From contig OY740807.1 in NCBI GenBank assembly GCA_963514005.1, positions 15,190,001-15,254,000 of the forward strand: a DNA stretch of 64,000 nucleotides. The letters run 5' to 3'. Source of the DNA: Raja brachyura. Taxonomy: Eukaryota. The translations under genes and the position numbers were made by a program. Below are positions 23,174 through 35,533 of this stretch, piece after piece (within the stretch, counting starts at the first letter, position 1; every line of letters starts with the position of its first letter). A model generated the notes under the pieces. It did not search any database. It was given only the letters and a program-made list of their open reading frames with translations, and was not told the origin of the DNA.

Positions 23174-26100
23174 CATTCCCTTTAATAGGTTGGTTTTATA
23201 CCAAAGCTTTGCCATATACATATATAGACACTTTGTATATTAGAAAAAGTTCTATTAGAAAAAGTTTCCCTAATAGAACGACAATTTTTCTTAGTTAAAT
23301 TATTAACTGTACACCATGAAAATAGACACTTTCACACCAGGTGTGAAAGTAAGACAGGTCTCCTCTGGTTATCTGTACTTCCTAAGCCCACCAAAAGTGA
23401 TATTTTACTTTGGTGTTCAACTGTAAAAAGAGGCAGGGGGAGGTGGAATTATTGGAAGTGAAATAGAGCTGTGATTTTCCCTGGATAGAAGGGCAACAAA
23501 AGACCGGGGACCCGAGAGTCCAATGAAAGGTTCAAAGGAACCTTTGATAAACTTCCTAAATCCTGCACACAAAGGGCTTATTAACAAGGTAACACAAGCC
23601 AGTCCGAGGGCCCTAGTGTCAAAGGGAGTCATTCTAAATGGAACAATTATTGTCAGAACAAAAATGTACTCCTCTCTGAGCATGAATACATTATGGAAGC
23701 TTTGCTGCCTACCCCAATTAAAGTTGACACGAGAAGAACTAGAACTTTAATTAATATTTATTACTGCATCACAAACAAAAGAATTTGGAATGTGGGAGAA
23801 TCTATCATTAGCACTGAAAGGTTGACACTCAAGCACTAATCAGTGATCTTGAACCATCAACAGTAATGTTGTGAGAGCATAGCTTCTCCTTTCCCTCATC
23901 TCCTACAACGGTCATTGACGTTTGGCGTGAATATGCAAACATGTGTAAGCCTCGCGAACAGATCTCTGCAGGGGTATTCAACTCTGGTATGCATCACAAT
24001 CGCCTCCAATGGTGCCCTCATCTGGACATTCACACATACTCTTGCCAGCGCATCCCACTCTGAAGTCATACAAATTTCTTGCTGACTCCTCTCCCCACTC
24101 TTTAGCTCACAGATCTGGAAGGCTAATGGTCAAGTGCTTTTAATTTAAAATTAAGATGTTGTTTGAGAGAAAGGTTGAAATATATCAACAGTTTCAATTT
24201 AATAATTTAACTTAAAATTGAATTAAAACCTTCACTTGACAGGACAGTGATCCTGGTGCCCATTGATCAGCATGTTTCAGCACAACTGGTTCAATACTGG
24301 TAGGCAAATTCTGAGGGCATTTAAATCAAAGAAGAATCTACAAATATCTAGGTCACAGAGGCTGAAACTAAGAGCAGGAACATGGCCCGACATGGCCTTC
24401 AAAATCTGCTTTCATGTACACGCTACAGTTTTGCTTTTGAAAAATCTGGTGTGATTTAAGTCTCACTCAAGATGATAGCTTCATCATAATTAACATTCAG
24501 AGGCAAATTTCTGACCCTTTTGCCTCCAATTTACAGGTCTCATCTGTTAAAACACAAAAATAGCCACCCTTTCTCAGAACATTTATATATATTCATGGAC
24601 ATAATGGTAATTACATTTTACAAAAAAAAGGGACGTAATCTGTCCCTGTTCCATAATCTGCACACACAGTTGGTTAGCAGAACAATGAACCCAACAATGG
24701 GAATTCATGTGACTGTAAATTCTTCAGACATTTCAGTTCATGTTGGAGGCCTTTTTATTGCCGCAAACACAAAAATAAAGTTGGCAGTAGACAAGGCAAG
24801 CTTCTAAAATACTAACAATGCTGAGAACTTCCCGTTTTCCAACATTACTTCACGTCCACATCACATGACAAAATAAGTTATTCACCCCTGCACTACTGGG
24901 CAACAATCAAGAATGGATACTCTCCATTTCCTGGTCACATCTAACTCTAGTTCCCTGCCTTCTATCTTGAACCATCCACTGTCTCTAAATCATAGGAGCA
25001 AAATTAGGCAATTCGGCCCATCTGGTCTACTCCACTATTCAATCATGGCTGATCTCTTTCCCTTTCAACCCAATTCGGCCTTGGATAAATTGCCATTTTC
25101 ATTAGTTAAACAACGTGCAGAGCCAATATCAGGTTACGAGGGAAATGGGGGACTTCCATATGTTTTTGGTGGAGTAGGTGGGCAGTTTGGAAAGCCAGCA
25201 CTCCTGCTATTTATCTGATATTGTGCCTGATTCAGAAGAATGGTCGCTGGCAAATGAATGATGTAGCCTGCCCAACATCATCACTGCCCACATATCTCAC
25301 ACAAAGACTCTTAAAATCAAGCATTCCATTGAGTCACCACTGCAAAAGGTTTTCAGGACCCCAGAGGAAAGCCAAGATTTCAATGAAATAATGTAGCATC
25401 CCCACTGACCCATGGGAATCCCAAAACTTTGCCCATCTAAAGTGGCTCTTTGGCATCAGGGAAAACTATGAGCAGCGAGTCTCTACAATGGGAGCACCTA
25501 ATGAACTACAAACCACAGTAGGCACAACATTCAAACCATCCTCCCAGAGCATCGTTGGGGGAGGATCTGCAGATCTAGCAATGGACATTTCAGCACCTCA
25601 CAACCGAGAAATTTGCAGAGGAAGGAATTAATCCTCGACTCATGAGACTGCCACCCTCTGTTCTGCAATCCCATCAAGATTATGGACTCGAGTCTCTCAA
25701 ATGGGACCCAAATTTAGTAGTCGAAGTTTCCCCAAACATAATTTGGGATTCAGAAAGTGAGATCGTAACAAGTGAGCCACAAATTAGGTTAGGAGGGGGA
25801 AGATAGATCAGCTATGATTGAATGGCGGAGTAGACTTGATGGGCCGAATGGCCTAATTCTGCTATCATTTATGTTCTTCTGATCTTATGAAATATTACTC
25901 TGCATGTTGTCAAACTGATCTTTTACAATTCTTTAGCAGAACGGCCATTCTAATGCAAACATACATCTCTGCTATTGAGATCAAGTTCTAGTTCAAGTTC
26001 ACGTTTATTGTCACTTAACCAACTAAGGTACAGTGAAATTTGAGTTACCATGCAGCCATACTAAGTGAAAAGAACACGATACACACATAAAATAAAATGT

Positions 26101-26779
26101 AACATAAACATCCACCACATTGGAAAGGGATCCCACATGAATCTTTTTAAGATTGAATTATGCTCATAGGCTGCACTACTTTAGATACGTAAAACTCCAG
26201 AAATAATCGTGCACGTACACTACTTCTTCAATATGTGCTGCATTATCATCCACAGATCCGTATCTTCACAAAGGCACGGGTCAGCGTCAGGGATGTTGGG
26301 GGAGGGGGTGTCAGGCATGCGGGCTGGGAGCAGCAAATGGGTCTGAAACGTGGGCAGGTTTATAAACAGCTGAAACTGAGATGCAAGTATAATCTGCTTC
26401 ATCAATGGAAAAATTGGCCTTGTCCAATCGCAGCCTTGGTGTCATTGCCCGTGTTATTTTTTTGTTATCCGAGAAGAGTCGGTTCCCTATCCCACATGAA
26501 TAACGACTTAATGTGTAGGATCATGGTAAGCATTGCCTCTTGCCTAAAAGCATTGAACACTGGATTTAAACAAGTATTGCTTGGTACTGGCTTGGGATGG
26601 GTGGTTTGAGCATTTGTGGGGTGAAAACACTGCAATGAGAAATTATCTAACCAGGGAGCAAGTTATTTTGGTTGTGGTGTTGTGTAATAAGACAGGAATA
26701 ATTAATGCTTTCATAGTAAACAATTTCATTGGAAAGAATGATCTTACCTTAGAGCTGTTTTAAATTCAATTTTAGGATT

Positions 26780-27830
26780 TGAAACTCTGAAACAAGTGTC
26801 CTAAACCTAAATAAAGGCAATTTCAGAGTAATGAGAAGTGACTGGAATGGACTGGGGAAATAGTTAAAATGGAAGGGATTACATGAACATTGACAGACAC
26901 TTAAGGGGACACATTATAAATTTCAGCAAACGAAGTTACCAGCAAAAAAAGTCCCTTAATAGAAAAAAAATGTACTGTCTGGCTATTTAAAGAAGGAATA
27001 GAGTAAATTGATAGAAGACCCAGACATAGATGTGAAGAATAGAAGTAGGCCAAAGATCGTGAAATATTTATAAACTGGCAAAGGATGCCTGAAAATGATA
27101 AAAGAGGGCAAATTAAGATATCAAATTAGCAAATAGCATAAAATAAGTTACTTCGACTTAATTACACAGTGGTCCCTTGGAGGCCAAGATTGTGGATTAA
27201 TAATGAGAAAAAGTAATAGAGATTCTAAATTCAAAATATTGTAGGTACTTAGCAGGTCAGGTGGTATCTATGGAGGAAACGGGCAGGCAATGTTTTGGGA
27301 TGGAACCCTTCTTCAGAGTCCGAATGCTGCCTGACCTGCTGAGTTCCTCCAGCATTTTGCGCTTTGCTCAAAATTACAGCATCGGGAATCGTGGGTCTTC
27401 GGATATTCTTAATAATTATTTTGGATTAATTTTCATAGTTAAAGAAACAAAATATATCCCAATGATAATAGATAATCAAGAGGCAGCAGGGATGGAAGAA
27501 TCCAAACAATCTCCATTGATAGAGAAGATGCCAGGCAATTAAGAGGCCAAATGACAGACAATTTAATTGGATCTGCTGGCCAGCACTGTCTAAGGAATAA
27601 CCCCAGAGGAATGGATATCGTGATTGTAACCTATTGAAATCCCCTCAATTTTGCAAAAGTCCAGGCGATCAGAAACTTGCAAATAAACTATTCAAGAAAG
27701 AAGGGAGACAAGCTGGAAACTACAGAGCGGTTTGCCTAACAATGGGGAAAACGCCCAATCACGGCAAAAATGTTGGAATCTATTCAGAGGAGTAAATAGG
27801 ATATTGAAAAATCATATGCCAATCCAGCTT
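26780..27830 (+). mobile_element. Highly degenerate CR1 ORF2 internal region with a small Penelope-derived insert (about 27240-27390)
   Basis: gatcagaaacttgcaaat..ctattcaagaaagaagggaga..ggaaactacagagcggtttgcctaaca resembles the W..ANV.PLFKKG..GNYRPVSLT RT N-terminus. Confidence 0.55.
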
Positions 27831-27879
27831 AGAGCAAACATAGAACATAGCACAGCACTCTAACAGATTCCAGCATTTT

Positions 27880-28385
27880 CCCAGTTGCCTAGTATGGCAA
27901 CTACTGTTTGCCCAAGACCATGAGAAATTGAAGAGAGTTGTGAACAGTCCAGCTAGCTCACCAAGCAAACCAGCTTCTTCCACCCCACCAACTATCAACT
28001 CCACCTACACCATGCTGCATCAGGAAAGCAGCTGGCATAACAAAGATCCACTCAGACCTCAAGTTATCTCTCTGCTCCCCTCTCCCATCAGGCAGAAGAT
28101 AAAGCTTAAAAGCATGAACCACCAATTTTAAGAACAGCTTCTTCCTCGCTGTTATCAGACATTTGAACAGATATCTCATATGCTACGGATGCATTTCCAA
28201 TCTACCAGGTTGCCGCCCTTGTATTGCTTTAACTTGCATTTTCCCTGTTACGTAACACTATATTCTGCACTGTTTTATTTCTCTTTTTACACTATCTTTT
28301 GTACTCATGCATGGTATGATGTGACATGAAAGCATGCAACATTTTCCCCATTGTATCTTGGTGCATGTGACAGTGATAAACCAAA
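27880..28385 (+). mobile_element. Rex1-like LINE 3' fragment
   Basis: tggtatgg-like start, KLKRVVN, aaagcagctggcataacaaagatcc and aagaacagcttcttcc motifs; homologous to 900-1505. Confidence 0.65.
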
Positions 28386-30211
28386 ATCAATCCTCTGTAT
28401 TCAAAACAGAAATTGGCAGGCATTCGAACGGCAAGAGTCGCTCGTATGGGAAAGGGGTGTTGAGGCCAACCCTGGATCAACCACTACCATAGCAATCATG
28501 GGTGGGGGGGGGGGGGGGGGAGGGGCAACTGAGCCTCTCTTGCTGCAGTTTCTCTTTATCATATGTAAATAAATAAATAAAAAACTAGGGGAGATTTTCT
28601 GGAGCATAGATTGGAAATTGTCCTTCCATATACATTAGACATCAAAATAAATACAATCCTGTCATATCGAAATGACCACCTTACCTTCTCTATATTAACA
28701 TTCATGTCCATTATGCAGTCTTGATTTCTTTTTGAAAATGTCCCCTCCCCCAATAACTCCTCCATCTTTCATGTGGTCACTGTGCTTAAAAGAGCTTGTT
28801 CACTCAAGATTTATTTTCCCAATGCATTTCTTCACGTAAATAATTTATCTCTCTGCAGCTTACCTTGTGTAGAAAGTTATTGCTCTATCTCTGCCTTTTC
28901 AATCTGTCTCAAACAGTTCCTGATCTGTTGGCTCTGTTGCAGGAAATTAAATTTAATTGTAGAAAGGGTTCCAAGGCACAACCAATAGACTACAATCACA
29001 CTGAAAAACTAATTTAATTCCTCAAACTATAATTTTTTTTAAAAATCACATTTTGCTGGGAATATGCTTGTTATTTACCCAAGCAACCCCTATGAGAGTT
29101 AATGCTACATCCTCTGCAGTCTCCACAACCTCATGTTTAATGGAAAACCTCATTTTAAATGCTTAGCTGTCAATTATCCAGATTTAAGTGTTATTATTAT
29201 TTAGGGAGAACCAATTAAAATGCAAAATTTAGGTGTGAAATTTTGTAGTTGACGGTCATAAAATGCTATTCCTGGGAGCAATTGCTAGTTAAAGAATAGT
29301 AAATAAATTCTTACATTATAGTTAGAAGCTGCTCACAATGCTGTTCTGTTGAACACAATACACTAGCTGCAGCATAACCAATGATTTACAATTTACCATA
29401 ACCAGACCTTTGTACTCAATTACTCCAAGACTTGTCTACACTTAAAAAAAAAAAAAATAATGGTGCTTAATAGTTACATACTCCAACAATATTGCACATT
29501 TATTGACAAAAATGTGTGGCCAGTGAAACCACAGATAGCTATGGTGCATGCAGGCACATGTTGTACCATAAAGCTGATGCCCCATTATGAGCCACCAAGA
29601 CAACTCGGGATGCTTGCGACTTCCCACAATGTATGGGCTCAAACCAGGGAGAATGCCATTCATCTTAAGGTCATGCAGTTCCATTTAACCAGGTGAGGCA
29701 GAATAGAAACACATGTCAACAACAACAAAAATAATCAGAACCTGCAAAGTTAACCGAACGTTAGAGAAAATGTTCCCATGGTTCCAAAGTGAACAATCAG
29801 CTCACCACCAACATTCAAAGGTGGAAAACCGTGTGAAAGATTTTGCATCATACATCAGATTGTGTGTTCATCCACAAGCATATAATTTTGATGCTGAGCT
29901 TTTGGGATTCAGCAATACTTTTCATGGAAGCCACTCAGCTCAGCCACGCTAAATGACATTCCAATACTTTACACAATGAGCCTTGATTAAATGGCCATGT
30001 GCCTGAATGCTCTCACAGTCAGGCCCTTCTAAAACACATTTTCCACCCTTGAACTTTATTCATATACAAATTACAGATTGTGTGACCTCCTACTGTTTTG
30101 TTAAGTTAAGCAAAAGCATTAGTAAGCTTTAATTATGCCTATTGACAGGCTTAGGCTGCAAAGAGTTTCTTTTTAGAAATCATATTTTTGGGGGATTGTG
30201 GGGTTATTTAC

Positions 30212-30302
30212 CTGAGCGACCCCTGTGACAGTTAGTGCTACCCCCTCTGCGGTCTCTACATCCTCACACTTGGGCTGAAGCGTCATAATCTCAAGGGAAA
30301 TC
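30212..30302 (-). CDS. FLOT2: Flotillin-2 exon 3B, canonical form (91 nt)
   Basis: Translates (R)ISLEIMTLQPKCEDVETAEGVALTVTGVAQ, nearly identical to canonical vertebrate FLOT2. Acceptor ttccacag, donor CAG|gtaaat. Confidence 0.97.
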
Positions 30303-30973
30303 CTGTGGAAAACGTAAAACACTCGCAAATTCCAGGTCACATGACAGGCCTCAAGCCTCACTTCCTTTGTCTTCCAATCCTTTTATCTTTAAACCCAACC
30401 AGATGCGCTGCTCGGAGCTCAAAATAAACTTGATCTAAATAAAATAACTGCTTAAGTAAAACCATTAGATTATTCCCAAGAGACTGACCTCATGAGATAT
30501 TCAGAGCATAGATTACTTCAAGTAGTTATAACTGCTGCTAAAGTTGCAAAAGCAACCATGTTATTCAGTGGACTATTGCACGTGACTTTTCCCAAAGAAC
30601 GAGTCATTATATTGAACAGCATAGCTTATTATTTAAGGTAAACAATAATTATTAATACCAGACAATCCCCACAATTCAGCACAGGGGGATGCAACTTTAC
30701 TCCAGAAAAGATTTGTGTTTGTTGTTGCGGTGAGTGCATTTCATATGTGGCAGACCTTCTGAATTCTGAGCTGTCCATTAGAGAATTGTAATCTGGAATC
30801 AATAGTTGTTCATGAGGGGTGTTGGATTTCACTCTTGGATTTCAGATGTGGAAGTGGCAATGTACACCCACTATTAAATATTTTTAGTCTATGTTTTAAT
30901 CCACCTATCCATCCCACCTCTTTCTCGCCCATTGCCTCTTCGTTGGGTTCAATCCGCTTCCTTGGTGCGATAC

Positions 30974-31047
30974 CTACAGTGCTACAGGCCATGCCACTTG
31001 GATAAAGCGGTGAAGGTGCTGCAGTAGAGCTCAACATTCAGCTGCTG
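30974..31047 (-). other. Candidate 74-nt stop-containing (poison) cassette exon of FLOT2
   Basis: About 65 nt of pyrimidine tract ending cccccaag, then tandem CAGCAG acceptors; donor-like GTAG|gtatcg. Contains stops in the frames entered from exon 2 or exon 3A. Confidence 0.45.
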
Positions 31048-31140
31048 CTTGGGGGAACAGGAAAGGAAGGAGGTTGGATGGGGAGAAGGAGGGGCAAGAA
31101 AACAAGGCAAGAAAATACAACATGGTTAAGAACAAGTTAC

Positions 31141-31231
31141 CTGTGCCACCCCTGTAACATATACAGGGACCCCCTCAATGGTTTCTATATCCTCACACTG
31201 ACAGACGACAGTCATGATCTCCAGAGGTAGT
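31141..31231 (-). CDS. FLOT2: Flotillin-2 alternative exon 3A (91 nt)
   Basis: Translates (R)LPLEIMTVVCQCEDIETIEGVPVYVTGVAQ. Acceptor ctgcatag after a pyrimidine-rich tract, donor CAG|gtaact. Same length and phases (2/0) as exon 3B. Confidence 0.9.
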
Positions 31232-34200
31232 CTATGCAGCAGGAGGAGTTGGCAGGGGAGGGATGGGGGAGGAAGGGGGTGGGACAGCACACATTCAGTC
31301 AGAGCAATCATCAGAACAAAGCATGAGAAATCCAACTCCCAGTGACAGTAAGAAAATCAATTCTTTCTTTTTCAATGGGTGTTCAAGGTAATTCAATCCT
31401 TTAAGAACTGTAACAGCACTTTAGCAGCCATACATTTCATTTTGTGCTTACAGAAAGCATGATTTACTTTCAACTGCCTATACCTGCTGTTAAATCTTCC
31501 GAAATTCCATGCACAAGTCAATATTCCAATAACACAATAAATTAAACACATTGGACTTCGGCATGCGTGATTTATACACTCTTGCGCTGCCAATTCCAAA
31601 TGCTTACGTTTTTACAATAATCAATGTTAAACCACTCGACGCAAACATTTCACGACTGCAAAGTGCTTCAATTCTCAAAAGGTTATCTGCTTTGAAATAA
31701 AGTGCCATTCAAATGCTGTTCTTTTATCCTGGTAAAACACCACATTCAATCCATGCGTGGAGACGAGTCTGGTATCCTGGAAACACCCTGACGGAAGACA
31801 GAAAAAAACCCTTGTACTCAGAACCGCTGTCCTGTCTTGACGACAGCGACACTGGATAATGCCGAACTTGGTTTCTGGGTGTCCTGTAAGCAGCAATGCA
31901 TGGCCTGGAAAAGAAACCTGGAAAACACCTGTGAATTTTGTTCACTAACCACCTATTCTGCCAAGTTTTCCCAAGCAGCTCTTCCCTTGGCTTTTTTTTT
32001 GTTCAAGAACAACATTTGTTTATTCTTGGGATCTTGGGATATGGACGTCAATGACAAAATTATGGCCATTTATTAACCACCATTAATGACTCCCAAATTG
32101 AGGCAGCTGATGGGAGTCATCCATAATCGATAACTCTGGCCAGACCTGAGAGTAGCTGCTTTCTCACAAACCAGGTGAACTTTTGAATAGTAGTTTTTCG
32201 GCAGCCATTACAAAGATTAATTGTTTTTTTTATAATTCTAGTTTTAAAAAAACTCTTTGAATTCAATTGTCCCTATGTTCCCTAGTGAGATTCAGTCATG
32301 TTTCTGGACCAATGATCCAGAACTCTGGATGTTAGTCCCTAAATACTACACTCTTAACAACCATAATGTGAGCAATTTTGGTAAATGCCAGCGTTTAATG
32401 TCATTCCTCACTGCCGTGTAATGGTGACAAAACAATGCATGCTAGTTCGGCCAAAATTGGATAGACTACCGACAAGAATTACAGTCTGTAACTCAATTGC
32501 ATAGAACACGAGAATATTTTGAACTTGGGGGAACTGAGCCGGTCATTTATGGAACATTGAGACATTAGAACAAGTATTGAAGATTACTTAAAAACCACTC
32601 CACAGATACAGAAGGCTTACAGTTTCCCATTTTTGGTATGTTCTCTCACTTTGAGATGAGCTTCTTTGAGATCACAAGGAGTCTGTGGAATATGGTAAAT
32701 CTGCTTTTGCACACTATGAAATTGTGAAGTATTTTCTCAGCTCCCTTCATACATTTCTTTTTTCAATCTTTATTTTCAGATTCCATCAACACTTCTGCAG
32801 GTTTTGAGGTCAGGGAACTGAAGGAACATAACTAGGGCATGCTTATATTGAAAGCTATTCATGCTGATAACCATTGTACAGGAAACAGAAATTATTGTGC
32901 TGTATCATCTTCTGCCTGAGATGGTCTCACTGTAAATTCATTTTGTAAATGTTTTTTAAAATCTGCAAACAGTTCACTAGCCAGGAGATGAGTGGGAGTA
33001 GAGATGATATAAAATTAAGCTTTTATTTTCTCAAAGGAAAATTAGCTTTTGACCAGCAACTGGAGGTGAGTCAGGGGGTTTCTGCATAAAATATTTCAGT
33101 GTGATAACCAATATAGGACAACATTCAATTAATCCAAAATCACTGAATGGACAATTTTCTGAAATATTTGGATGTAACACTGGACTAGAAAATATGGATT
33201 ATAAAACAATATTATATCAGGGGATAAATGCCCATGTTGATCTTCACATTTAGACTGTAAAGTTTAAGGAATCAAGTGTTGTTGCACCTCAGTGTGCTTT
33301 TGTAAGAGAGAATAATCCCTTCTCACAGATCTTGTGGCAGTGTGTAACCCAGCTGATGTCGCAAAGTCATGAAGGCTCCATGCCAATAAAATTTGCCTTC
33401 CTCACCATATCAATTGCAACCGTCAGTGACACAGAGCGATTTCGCTACATGTGACCATCACGTCTTGAAGGGAAAATATGGAATGAAAAAAGCCTCAGTA
33501 GTAATGTCAGAAAATGTAAAGTCTACAAATTCCCACTCATACTGTAGAAATATTTCACTTAAGTTAATGAGGAACGGCAACAGCCAGCATGATTTTAGGG
33601 TCCTTTTAAAGTGTATGGAAACTCCATGTGCCACATGTAATTCCAGCAAATGCAGAGTCGTTCAACTTGCTCCCTGGCTTGGTTCATTCTGGGTGCACTG
33701 AATGAGTTTCCACTACACATGTGGTAGAGGAAATTTGGGTATTAAACTGAGTGCCTGCACTTCAATGGTGTGGGTAGCGACACTACCAATAGGGGCCAAG
33801 GATAATTCCAGACAGAGGCTAATCCAGTTATTCTTGTCCACACTATCTTTGATTTTCACACCACTTAGCATTTGCCAATACTAAATTATTAGATTTGGGT
33901 TTGGCAGAGTAATAATTGCATTCTACCAAAAAGAGATGCTACTCTTAATTAAATGTGAGAAGCAGACGACAATCACTTGGAAACTGATCACAACAAAAAT
34001 CGATGCTTCCAAGCCTTCACAGCTGATTGTATCATTGGAGTGTTCGTGTATAGACTGCAGCCTTCAGAAATGAGATGCCGTTATCACGGGGTTGCAACAC
34101 ATTATCAGCTCAAATAATTCACACATTATTATGGTTAGTATGGATGTGGTGAGCTGTATGGCTTGTTCCCATCCTGCATTATACTATTAGTTTCTAGACT

Positions 34201-34652
34201 CTAGAATTTTATAACATCACATACAATAACACGACAGTGATATTAGCCAGTTGACTGCAAATATGAAAATTAATAATGAACAATGACAGTTTAAAATCTG
34301 GGTTCCCTTGATGTCCAGCATAAATATTAGTCACATAACAAAAACATTTCCTTCATATCGTAAAGATCTACTGCAGGTTAATGAAGCTTGCTCCAATCGC
34401 TGCTATGTGATTTAATTAAATGACTTACAATAAGTAATGATGGGAAACAGATTTTTTATTTTTTATTTAAAGTGTGTGAAGTTCTCTTCAAAAAGTTTTG
34501 AGTTTGCAGTAGGTGCATTCGAACACCAGCACCATTAGCCTTGGTTCATTTGCAAGTCTGCATTTTCAGGCATCATAGACCAAGGTGTACTGCCTTGAGA
34601 TTAGGAAGCCTGTGCAGCTTTTAACTCCCTAACCAAAGGGCATGTAGAGCAG

Positions 34653-34891
34653 GATGTGTAGGAAAGAACTGCAGATGCTGGTTTAAATCGAAGATAGACA
34701 CACAATGCTGGAGTAACTCAGCGGGACAGGCAGCATCTCTGGAGAGAAGGAATGGATGCTGTTTCGGGTCAAGACCCTTCTTCAGACTGATCAGTCTGAA
34801 GAAGGGTCTCGACCTGAAACGTCACGCATTCCTTCTCTCCAGAGATGTTGCCTGTCCCGCTGAGTTATTCCAGCATTTAGTGTCCATCTTC
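34653..34891. mobile_element. Palindromic Penelope-derived short retroelement with back-to-back hammerhead cores
   Basis: 14-bp TSD ggcatgtagagcag (34639-34652, 34892-34905); inverted arms of about 100 bp; axis cttcttcagactga|tcagtctgaagaag at 34790/34791. Confidence 0.92.
34794..34825 (+). ncRNA. Minimal type I hammerhead ribozyme motif
   Basis: gtCTGAAGAaGGGTctcgACCTGAAAcgTCac: core 34796-34802, GAAA 34816-34819, GUC 34821-34823, helix I gu/ac. Confidence 0.65.
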
Positions 34892-35437
34892 GGCATGTAG
34901 AGCAGATGATTCACCAGACCAGGGAACTGACATACAGCAATTCTTATTCTATCCAGCCAGAAACCTTTAGGTGGACTGCTAAAAACATGTTGAATTTCCT
35001 TCCCACCAAATGTGCACCAGGAAAATTGCTGAGCGATAACAGCCCAGCTGTTCAATTTTAAATAATTGTCAATTATTATGACACCGAAGTTTTCAAAACA
35101 AAATGCATTCTATTCAGAAAGTGCAATGACCAATTTTCCAACTACTTCTTTAATGGTTAAATAATTATATGCAACACAAATAGTAGATGCTCACAATGAA
35201 GGCTACATATCATTTCCAATGAAACGTCTCAAGGATAATTCAACACACTTGAAGCAAGTGCAGTTCTTTGCATTTAAGGGTCGTTACGGCACTCCTGAAG
35301 TAACTCGCTGTTCGGCACAGATATGATTTTGTATTTTCTAGGAGGGCGATGTATCCAAGCATTGTAGCATCAAGGTAATGTATAATCTCAATGTGATTAG
35401 GTATTTTTGCAGAGCACGAGTGGATAGATGTAGAGTG

Positions 35438-35533
35438 AAGCTACTGCAGAGTCTTGCTACTGCAGTCGAGCACCAACTGCAGTTCAAGCTACTGCAGAGT
35501 CTTGAACTTCAGTCGAGCACCAACTGCAGTGTC
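35438..35533 (+). repeat. Tandem duplication of an approximately 48-bp CTGCAG-rich unit
   Basis: aagctactgcagagtcttg..c..cagtcgagcaccaactgcagt occurs twice. Confidence 0.85.

Noticed and set aside
30810-31037. 75-aa ORF MLSSTAAPSPLYPSG.. as an alternative first coding exon
   Set aside because: At the candidate donor (30974) this frame ends in phase 1, incompatible with exon 3B (phase 2) and exon 4 (phase 0).
35438-35533. CRISPR-like repeat array
   Set aside because: Eukaryotic context, only two adjacent units, no spacers.
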